From: Catajapyx aquilonaris
Taxonomy: Eukaryota
Length of the DNA: 52,591 nucleotides
NCBI GenBank assembly: GCA_000934665.2
Contig: JYFJ02002704.1
Span: forward strand, 1 to 52,591
Direction: 5' to 3'
The number at the start of each line of letters is the position of its first letter. Position 1 is the stretch's first letter. Position numbers and translations under genes: made by a program. Below, one piece after another: positions 39,008-48,542 of the stretch. Below the pieces are notes generated by a model that saw nothing but the letters and a program-made list of their open reading frames with translations, did not search any database and had not been told where the DNA came from.

Positions 39008-39750
39008 GAGGGCCGGGTACCTGGCGACCGCGCCACTTTTCAGGCAAAGCGAGGAGAAAAACGGGTGCGGATTCATCGTCTTCGTTCGACATATCTTCGC
39101 TCCTATGGGAGGTACGGACATGCGGTTTTTTGCGTTGCACGGAGGGATGACCGGCGCTGCCTCCGGTGTTGGTCCGGTCTGGATCGGCCCACAAACACCG
39201 CATCTGGGACGGGAAACGCATTTGCCACAGGGGCGTCGAGCCGGAGGACGAAATTCAAAAAAGGAGCTTGGAGGTCCACNACCCCGCCTTGGCACACTGC
39301 GCCTTGGCAACCAGCTAGCTCCAGCTGGTTGCCAAGGCGCAGTGTTGCCGCTCTGTTCTTCCCTCCTTTTTGTCCGCTGTGTCTGTGTCCTTAGGGTCTC
39401 GTTTCGTGCAGCCTCACGTCCACAAAAACAGTCCCGGCGCACCCAAAAATCGTCAGCAGAGACATAGACAGTGGGCCTGTGGACCTCCAAGCTCCTTTTT
39501 TGAATGTCGTCCTCTGGCTCGACGCCCCTGTGGCAAATGCGTTTCCCGTCCCAGATGCGGTGTTTGTGGGCCGATCCGGACCGGACCAACACCGGAGGCA
39601 GCACCGGTCATCCCTCCGTGCAACGCAAAAAACCGCATGTCCGTACCTCCCATAGGAGCGAAGATATGTCGAACGAAGACGATGAATCCGCGCCCGTTTT
39701 TCTCCTCGCTTTGCCTGAAAAGTGGCGCGGTCGCCAGGTACCCGGCCCTC
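39008..39750. mobile_element. Long palindromic TTAA-flanked element (Kolobok-like termini) containing an N join
   Basis: TTAA|GAGGGCCGGGTACCTGGCG...CGCCAGGTACCCGGCCCTC|TTAA; about 270-bp inverted arms; N at 39280. Confidence 0.85.
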
Positions 39751-39774
39751 TTAACGTGGGTTGTTCTCTTGCAG

Positions 39775-40350
39775 ATGTCGATGTTCCCGAAGGCATGCTG
39801 CGAAAGGAGGCTGGAAGAGGTGAAGAGGATGGTGGAGGAGGGAGGGGGTGGGGTGGAGTGGTGTGTGGAGGTGAGGGATGAGGATGGAAAGAGTGCGCTC
39901 CACTGTGCTGCCGAGAGAGGAAGGGACGAGGTGGTCGCGTACCTGCTGGGTGAAGGGTGGCCTGTCGACCAGGGAGACATTTGGGGCAAGACAGCCCTCC
40001 ACTGGGCAGCATCGGAAGGACACATGTCCACGTGCCAGACACTGATGATCACGGGAGGGGCGGATGTGGGGGGAAAGAATAAGAATGGGACCCAGCCCAT
40101 CCACCTCGCTTCTTGTAGAGGCCACGTCCAGGTTGTGGAGTTACTCCTGGAGAATGGGGCAGAGCTGGAGGACAAGGGAGGATTGCGGGTATGGACTCCA
40201 CTCCACTATGCGGCATGGTTCGACCAACCCCAACTGGTTCGCTTCCTTCTGACCAAAGGAGCGGACAATGGAGCCAGAGACATCCAAATGAAGACACCCC
40301 TTGACCTCGCAGAGGAGGAGGGGCATGATGATGTCGTCGAACTTTTGAAG
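39775..40350 (+). CDS. Ankyrin-repeat protein exon (N-cap plus about 5 repeats)
   Basis: TTCTCTTGCAG acceptor ends at 39774; AAG|GTATTT donor at 40351. 192 open codons with DGKSALHCAA, WGKTALHWAA, NGTQPIHLAS, VWTPLHYAA, MKTPLDLAEEEGH. Confidence 0.88.
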
Positions 40351-40654
40351 GTATTTATTGACGGGGGGGGGGGGGGGAGTTGCAATTTGTTCTTACCAGT
40401 CCAGTTTCGATCAATAGAAGCAGTTGGGGAATTTATGAAATCGTAACTTTAGAAAGATATGGAGGTTAGAATCTGTCGGTAATGATGCTAATTAATCCTG
40501 CCATTTCTCCTAGTTGGCGTAGTACAATGTACTGTAATACGCAATAATGCTTTCCTTCCCACTTTCCGAAGAGGTCAAAATCATTCTTATTCTTGAAATG
40601 TTTGTCAAGAAGGAGATGGCAGAAGCAAATCGCGATTTTTTTTTGTCCCGCTAA

Positions 40655-42299
40655 TTAAGGGATTAAGTCCACTTTATCTTCCACTAGGTTTATCACTGGG
40701 GAGGGTAAAAAGTGAAAAAAACGTGCAATTCTTGTCCCAGCTAATTCCTGGCCTTAATGTGACATCTGAAAACCAGATAACATTTAAGGGATTAAGATAA
40801 CATTTAAGGGATTAAGGTGGATATGAAGCTAAGGCTCACAATTTGACATCGTTTTGAAATTCACAGGGTTTATAGAGTAAGAAGCCCTCTTCCCAATGGT
40901 GGAAAAAAAATCACCCCTAACCGGGCAAATAAGCTCGCAAAATGGCTCAGAATGTGCCGGCTGTCCATAAGCTCCCATGTTAAATTAAAACTTTATTTTA
41001 AAGCATCTTCACAATTTGACAGTTTGAAAGTAATATATGTGAAATGTGAAGAATAGTATAGTAATTACAAAGAACGCAAAAAAAACATATCAAACCGAAT
41101 GATTTAAATTGTTATCGTGGAAAAAAGAAAAATGGTGCGACGCTCGCCTGAGGCACGGGAGAAGTGGCAACATGGCCTTGTGCACGAGAAGGAGGGATGT
41201 TGTATCCATGGTAGTGTTTGTTTATTAAAGTGATTTTCCTACGAAATGGCGCGCCTGGCGCGCAGAGTGTCCGAATTTGAAATATGTGATCACAACCAGT
41301 TAATAACCAGTGTAATAAATAAAATAGAAATTAGAATTAGATGTTAAGACCAAACTCATGTTATCTCAGGACCCTGTCGCAACTTTTTGCTGACTATACA
41401 ATCTGACTGCGTCGTCCGCCCTCGGAGACCCTCCTGCCCCCACAACCTCCACAGGAGCACGACACGGGCGTCGCTAAGCGCACAAATACACTATATTTCA
41501 ACCTAGCCAGATCATCGTGCATTTGGAACACGCGCCGAACGCGCCATCTTGGACAGGGGGAGGGGCGAGACCGCGACAGCGGCGTTGCCACTTTTATGTC
41601 AACACTGGTTACCAACTTACCGTAAATTAAAGCCTATACTTATCCCCCTCCCTTTCCGAAGATAATGTGTATTATGTAATGGATGTAACACGACATTGTA
41701 GAGCCTCGTAACTGTCACCCACTACCGTCGCCTTTGATCCTAAATATGCTGCCTATGGCAAACTAAAAATTCTGGTGTGTACATTCCAGTAGGTTGGCAA
41801 TGTGTTGCAAGTGAACTAGGTTTTGCCCTGTAACAAATCGAGTTTACGGTGGATTTTAAAATGGAATGCATATTATTCCTCAGCATCCACTACTGCATTA
41901 GATGCATATGTTTCCCCGAATTTAACCGCTCTAATTAACGCTTTTGTTCTAGACACTGAATTGACTAGGGAGGTAGCTTCATATCCACCTTAAGATAACA
42001 TTTAAGGGATTAAGTCCACTTTATCTTCCACTAGGTTTATCACTGGGGAGGGTAAAAAGTGAAAAAAACGTGCAATTCTTGTCCCAGCTAATTCCTGGCC
42101 TTAATGTGACATCTGAAAACCAGATAACATTTAAGGGATTAAGATAACATTTAAGGGATTAAGATAACATTTAAGGGATTAAGTCCACTTTATCTTCCAC
42201 TAGGTTTATCACTGGGGAGGGTAAAAAGTGAAAAAAACGTGCAATTCTTGTCCCAGCTAATTCCTGGCCTTAATGTGACATCTGAAAACCAGATAACAT
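40655..42299. repeat. Compound tandem repeat (about 115-bp unit x3 plus 20-bp subrepeats), split by a transposon
   Basis: gtccactttatcttccactagg...gaaaaccagataaca starts at about 40667, 42015 and 42183, separated by (tttaagggattaagataaca)n. Confidence 0.9.
40816..41989. mobile_element. Kolobok-like non-autonomous DNA transposon
   Basis: TTAA|GGTGGATATGAAGCTA...TAGCTTCATATCCACC|TTAA; removing it restores the tandem repeat. Confidence 0.88.
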
Positions 42300-42689
42300 A
42301 ATTTACAAAGAAATAGGAGTGCCATTTGAGGTATTCGTGGCGCGTAACAATATTCAATCCGAAAATTATTCCATTGTTTTTCTTTAGGCCACAGAACATG
42401 AAAAGTCACGTCCGAGGCGTGTCTTAACCTTCCCTCGTAGTTTGGTACATTTCTATGCAAGGCATAAGATGTTATTTATTCACTTTTTATATTAGAGTAA
42501 TGGAGGAAGGAGAGAATACAGAAGGGAAAGGCTAGTGCATTCTTTGTCCTGAAGTTCCAAATTGCATCGATTTTATTGCAAGGGGAATTTTGTCCCGAGG
42601 TTTCCAGTCACGTCCGTGGGCAGAAACAAACACTGTTATAAAATCATCCAGGAAGCAGCACCATGCAGGGTTTTGGTCTCTTTGCTTGT

Positions 42690-42780
42690 GATTCGATGAT
42701 TCGATGATTCGATGATTCGATGATTCGATTTTTTCGATGATTTTTCGATGATTCGATGATTCGATTCGATGATTCGATGA
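42690..42780. repeat. (GATTCGAT)n 8-mer tandem repeat
   Basis: Directly visible; probably subterminal repeats of a hAT-type MITE remnant. Confidence 0.85.
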
Positions 42781-43300
42781 TATTGACACCACGTAACCAC
42801 TCTATATGGACACATTATGCATATATGCTGTTTCTACTCAAGCCTTTATGTAAATGATAGTCACTTATCATTACTTAATCTAATAATACAGAGACAAGCT
42901 ATCATTGAGAAATGGTCGGTAATGATAATAGCTATTATAACTATTATAAGTAACTATTATTAATAAAAACACCTAAAGGTGGAAATTTAAGATAGAAAGA
43001 TAATTTTTGGTACAGTTGTCCTTCATTACGTATGTTCTCAAACAGTGCGTAAAAGTCCCGGAGTGCCCGATGCTGGCTTCGTCGGGCGGACAACGCAAAA
43101 AGTACGTAAGTGACGGCTAGTTCGTACTCAACAGTTTCATATCGCATAACCTTCAATCACACCATCGCATATAGGCGTCCGCGGAGGCTCGAATGTGTGG
43201 AAAGGATTACTCTACCCACGTAAACTATCATAATGCAATTTGATGGCAGTAGTCGCAGCACACTGGCAGTTATTTGCGGAGAAAATGTTGTTAGCTCTAA

Positions 43301-43451
43301 AGGCCATTTCACAAAAAAACATGTCGCGCGGCAAACGGCGCGACTTGCGGCAAATTTTTATTTTTATTTATTGTTGCCAATTGTTGGCAACAATAAAATT
43401 TGCCGCAAGTCGCGCCGTTTGCGGCGCGACAATTTTTTTGTGAAATGGCCT
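43301..43451. mobile_element. PIF/Harbinger-type (Tourist-like) MITE
   Basis: TAA|AGGCCATTTCACAAAAAAA...TTTTTTTGTGAAATGGCCT|TAA, almost fully palindromic. Confidence 0.88.
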
Positions 43452-43482
43452 TAACCCTATAGCCGGGGTATAAATAAACAAA

Positions 43483-43517
<35 letters not shown>

Positions 43518-44009
43518 ATATTATTGACATGAGTCAGGTAGAATACTTTCTGTGTTCATTGCCAAACAGGCATGTTGGCTGTAAGAAACCTTGGTCATTA
43601 TTAAGATGCCTCGATGGCTCTTATATCCGGAGTCTACTGCGCATAATAAATCATTCAGTTACTTTCTGTCATGACGGACTCTGTGGCCTCTGAATGGTGC
43701 GAGACTGTGAATATGACGGGTCATGGCCTATCCTGTATGAAACATTGGATTCGTTCATTGGATTCGAAGTTCAGTAATCCCTTTTTCAAATGCTCACTAA
43801 TGCATTGCAATCCGTGGCCTGAAATGACGCTTATTCCCTTCCAGCCAATTACAGCTTGCATTCAAAATAATCTGTTTGATAATAACCGAATTGATTGGGA
43901 CACTTCAATATTGTGGAAGGAACAGTGACATTGCATGTGGTTTGAGAATGTTGCCTGCAGGACGTGTTTGGAGACTAGTGATCAATTCATTTCTTTTCCC
44001 TTATCGTAG

Positions 44010-44051
44010 GAGGCGAAGAAGAGGACCAGAAACCCCTGCAAGGTGAGCTGA
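44010..44051 (+). CDS. Putative short downstream exon of the ankyrin gene
   Basis: Pyrimidine tract plus TAG acceptor ending 44009. The phase-0 reading EAKKRTRNPCK continues the previous exon, then either the GTGAGC donor at 44043 or read-through VS* to 44051. Confidence 0.45.
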   Translation, partial: EAKKRTRNPCKVS

Positions 44052-45589
44052 AGGAGAAATGCGTTTTGGAGGCCACCTCACCAATGGTGACCACTGACGA
44101 CCAACCTCGTGCCCTCCTCCGCCGCAAAGAAGGACCACGTCCGATCAACACCACAACCTTCATTTTATTTCCATATGCGTGCTATTGTCGCCTTCGTCCC
44201 ACCTCCTCATACATGACATGTTTTGCCACTCTGCTCAAGTCATCTTCGGGCCAATCACACACATCAAGATGTATGGTGCGCAAAGTGCTTAGGGGTGACT
44301 GCAAAAGGTCCAAATCCATAATTAATGTCAAAATAATTATTAACAGCGAGGATGGAATAAGCCACTCTTCTCGGTGAGAAAAACACTTACATGGAGTGGG
44401 ACTTCCAACTTGAAATAATTGTATTAATTTATTGGCATGTGTATCAGTTGCATAACAATCAGTCGCAACAGCAAGGGACAGGATGACTTTATTGGCCGCT
44501 GACATGTGCGTAAATGCCATTACAATGAAGGAGGAGAGCTCTCTTATGACACGATGAATATGCGACTCGTTTGAGCGAAAGGAACATGTCGCGGTAATGT
44601 GATTTCAGTCGAATTATGTGTTTGCCTTGAGGACAACACTAATCCTTCATGACTGCATGAGAGGAGCGCTAGACGAGGTCAAAGCGCAGGCTGGGATATT
44701 GTACTGGCTGAGTTACGCACATTGTAATGCTGGATTATGCATGGATAAAAATGAGTATAAATAACAAAGATCATACTGTGCAACAATTCTGCACAACATG
44801 ATCTTTGTTATTGCAGCACGCAGACGCACTTAGGGGAAGCAGCCTACAGGATCTTCTAGTGAAGAGCAAGAAAGAGCTGCAGGATGTGATTGACAGAGTG
44901 AACAAGACCAAAGGTGGTTATTTCGATGTCATCATGGTGAAGTGAAAGCATGGTAGTTCTTATTGCGACGAGTGGCGAGGAAGACAAGGAGGAGGAACCA
45001 AGACACTACTCTCAAGAGATTTGGTTCCTGGAATATTTCATCCAAACCATTCGTAGTGCCATTTTGTTTAATCTGCAAGGTGTAGTTAGCTAGTCCATCA
45101 AAAAAGACGAATTTTCAGTGTTGTTTGCCTGCATGCTACTTGTTTATAAACTGTGATGATTTAGATATGACTGTGCTGTCGATGTCATGAAAGACATGAA
45201 TTCTAATCCGCCACCAATCATCTGGCCAATGGTCTGGCCCTGATTGGTGCACTGGTGTATTACTTATTGTCAGAGAGGTTTTGTTCTGTACAATGGCACG
45301 GTGGCGTCACGCATTATTCAGCAACCATTTCTGCAATATTCGAAGTAGCCTCAGTGTAGGCTTTTTCAACGGCCCTTTGCTGCTCGAGTCCTTTCCTTGC
45401 ACGCATGGTGTCTAGCCCAGATAAGATAAAGCTAAAATTGCTCTTCCTATCGCATGGAAGTGAGAAGAAGTCTTCTGTGCCTGGCAGAGAGCAAACACAT
45501 GTACAGTTGTATACGTTGTCGGATACAGCCATTCATTTTCGTTCAAAAGGTGAGTGCCAAATACAGGGTGTCACACTGCCCAACCGTGT

Positions 45590-45810
45590 GTGCGCGTCGG
45601 AGTAGTGTAACGTGACGCATGACTCTCTCTCCAGTGGCGCATGCGCACTAAAATCCTGCCTGCACATCGGGTTCTACCTGTGTGAAATGCGCATGAGCGA
45701 CTGGAGGTGCGACTCGTCCGTCTCACCGTTTACCCTTCGGAGTTAATCATTTCGGTGGTTGGCGATTTTTTTTGTGTGTGTCGCGATGCTGCTTGTTTTT
45801 AAGTACCGGG
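45590..45810 (+). promoter_or_regulatory. Candidate promoter and first non-coding exon of the ANK-kinase gene
   Basis: CpG-rich patch, NRF1-type GCGCATGCGC at 45637-45646, Inr-like TCATTT near 45747 and a possible donor CGG|GTAGTT near 45810, about 500 bp upstream of the 46290 exon. Confidence 0.35.
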
Positions 45811-46289
45811 TAGTTGTTTTTGTGGTTGATTTAAATATTAAAATGCGAGCAGGAATTAATTCAGACCCTCCCCTTTTGTCTAGTTTTTTTGGCTGACAAC
45901 TTTTTCATTTTACTTGCTTAATATGCACAATAATATTCAGGAATTGTGCCCGCAAATAGGGATGGATGAGGGTGGGTAGTGTGAGTTATGGGAAAGGACC
46001 ATAATCTGATGAAAAGTACTTGACACATCAGACGCGAACCTTGGAACCATCACCTGATCACGAAGTGTGTGACTAAATGTGTGTATATATATAGTAGAAG
46101 CCCACTGAGTTGCTGGGAAAATTGATATGTTATCAACACAGTGGAGTTCACTTTTTATCACTTTCCTTGGCAGACTGGGGGTCGGTTTCATTGCCTCTTT
46201 GTGTGCCCTGCTGGGAACAACCGCTTTCCCGATATACGTACACTAATCTATTGCAACATTTTAAATTAGTTTATTACTGCACTTTGTAG

Positions 46290-47300
46290 GGAATAATCAT
46301 GGCAGAATCATCAGCCGACACCAGCCTGGCAGACTTGCACCACGCGGCGGAGAATGGGTCTCTGTCCACTGTCGTGATATTGCTGGACTAAGGAGCGGAC
46401 GTGGACTGCAGAAGCAGGAATGGAGTGACCCCACTGATGGTGGCCTCCAGACGTGGTTGGATTCCAGTGTGCGAGGAACTGGTCAAGAGGGGGGCAAGGG
46501 TCAACCTGGCCTCCACTCACCAGGACAAGACTGCCCTGCACGAGGCATCAGAGTTCAACCACCTGCAGGTCTGCCGCCTTCTGCTGGAGGAAGGGGCACA
46601 CCCAATGGCCAAGACCAAGGTGGGGGACACCCCTCTGCACACGGCGGCGGAGGCTGTGGGAACGTCCAAGTGGGGAGGCTTCTCCTGGAGTGGGGGGCAG
46701 ATCCTGGAGACAAAAATGGGGACAGGAAGACGCCTCAGGGGGTATAGCAGTGAAGAAGGACAGAAAGGAGATGGCCAGGTTCCTCCTGGGCATGCACCAG
46801 GACATCCACGTCATGGCAGCCATGGGAAGGGAGGAAGACGTTGGCAGGTTGTTGGGAGAAAGAGGAGAAGAAGAGGTGAACAAGAGGAACGGACATGGGG
46901 AGACCCCCCTGATGGTGGCGTGTCGGACCAGGAAGGTGGGCGTCTGTCGGACCCTCCTGGGTCTGACTGGACAGGAAGAGGTGGACGCGAGGGACTTGGA
47001 GGGAAGGACAGCCCTCCACTGGTCTGCCAGGAGTGGTCTGGTCCAGACGTGCAGACTCCTCCTGGACAGAGGGGCTTCCTCGGACACCCGAACCATCCAC
47101 ACTGGCCACACCCCACTGCACTTGGCCTGCATGTTCGGCCATCTGGGCGTGGTCAATCTTTTGGTGGAGGGAAAGAGTGACCCCCAGGCCACGGACAAGG
47201 ATGGGGCCACACCCGCCTCCCTGGCCCTTCTCAAAAATCATGTACAGGTGCATCGATTCATCATGGATCACTTGAAGTCAGTTCATGCCATGCAGTCCAG
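46290..47300 (+). pseudogene. Ankyrin-repeat exon (about 10 repeats) of the ANK-kinase-ANK gene, disrupted
   Basis: TTTGTAG acceptor ends at 46289; ATG at 46299. Ankyrin motifs run through three frames (GVTPLMVAS, DKTALHEAS, GDTPLHTAA / GNVQVGRLLLEWGADP / GETPLMVAC, GRTALHWSA, GHTPLHLAC, GATPASLA). In-frame TAA at 46389-46391, frameshifts near 46656 and 46740, donor reads AG|ATGAGT. Confidence 0.85.
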
Positions 47301-47384
47301 ATGAGTGCACTTGGAATATTTTCTAGTGGTGCCTATGACGTATTACTCGTTTCATTGAGTGGTCATAGTGGGTGTTCTTTTCAG

Positions 47385-48444
47385 CACGAGTGACGAGGAT
47401 GACCCCGTTACAGGAAGTGAAAATCAGTTTGTGTCTCACTTCTTGTCAAATTTCACTACGGAAAAACCTTTGGGTCGCGGTGGGTTCGGATATGTCGTGA
47501 AGGCAAAGCTCAAGCTGACCCCAGCAGTGTTTGCCATAAAGAAGGTCACGATGGCTGCAGACCAGGAGCAGAGAGAGTTCATCCTCAGGGAAATCCGCTT
47601 ACTTTCAATATTGAACCACGAAAACATCATCAAGCTCTACAGCACATGGGAGGAGCTTCCCCCATGTTGGGCCGAAAAGGAGATTGACGTTGCCCTCATG
47701 ACCTACGACAGGTCAACCTCGCAAGGTCAAGAGGCGTCGACAAGGGCCACCGAGTACTTCGCAGCTCCAATCCCTGTCACTGGTCCAACCACATCTTTGC
47801 TCTTCATGCAGCTGGAGTTGTGCAGGGAGGAAACTCTGGGCCACAAGTTGGACAAGGGTCAAAAGCTTGCAAAGTTCATCTCCCTGACCTACTTCCACCA
47901 GGCAATGTCCGCAGTGTCCTACCTCCACTCCCAGAGAATGATCCACCGAGACCTGAAACCACACAACATCTTGTTTGGTTTGGATGGAAAGAGTGCGAAG
48001 ATTGGAGACTTCGGTCTGTCCACCTCCCTCCTGGCCTCTCCTCCTTCCCCCTCCCACCGTCCATGTCCAGTCCAACCATCCCAACCCGGAGTCCCCCCTG
48101 ATCAGTCCCAACCAGAGATGACTGCGGGTGTTGGGACCAGACTCTACTGCTCCCCCGAGCAGATGAGCGGGAGAGAGTACGGTCCAAAGACGGATGTGTA
48201 TTCAATGGGTCTGGTCCTCTACGAGATGCTGGCCCCATTCGGAGGGGACAAGGAGGGAAGGATGCGGACCTTCCTCTCCCTCAGGAATGGAGAGCAGTTC
48301 CAGGAGGACTTCACACATAAGAATGCTGAAGAAGCTGGGCTGATCCAGAAGATGCTGACAATCGATCCGTCCTCAAGAGTGTCCTCTTCTACGTGGAGCA
48401 ACACGTGCAGATGTCTCTGGACAGAAGGAGGAATATGGTGGTAA
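47385..48444 (+). CDS. eIF2alpha-kinase (PERK/EIF2AK3-like) catalytic domain exon
   Basis: LGRGGFG, AIKK, REI, STWEELPP..W (cf. PERK AWLEAPP..W), kinase insert, LFMQLELC, HRDLKPHNI, KIGDFGL, TAGVGTRLYCSPEQ, KTDVYSMGLVLYEML. TTTTCAG acceptor ends at 47384; GTAAGG donor at 48441. The exon is open but its host gene appears disrupted. Confidence 0.9.
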
Positions 48445-48542
48445 GGTATATTATTGCCCATTGTGCACTGTAGAGTACAATGCCTGGTAAATTAACTGAT
48501 TTTATCAGATTTTATACAGACGTTCTCTCCTGGTGATTTCAG

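Noticed and set aside
39370..39774. N-terminal 135 aa of the 358-aa ankyrin ORF
   Set aside because: It is read through the palindromic transposon arm (the same peptide appears on the opposite strand) and lies upstream of a good splice acceptor.
37538..42299. CRISPR-like arrays (119-bp and 20/115-bp repeats)
   Set aside because: No unique spacers or cas genes, and the context is eukaryotic; these are plain tandem repeats.
47301..47384. U12-type AT-AC intron
   Set aside because: The donor is ATGAGT rather than ATATCC and the intron ends in AG; a mutated GTGAGT is simpler.
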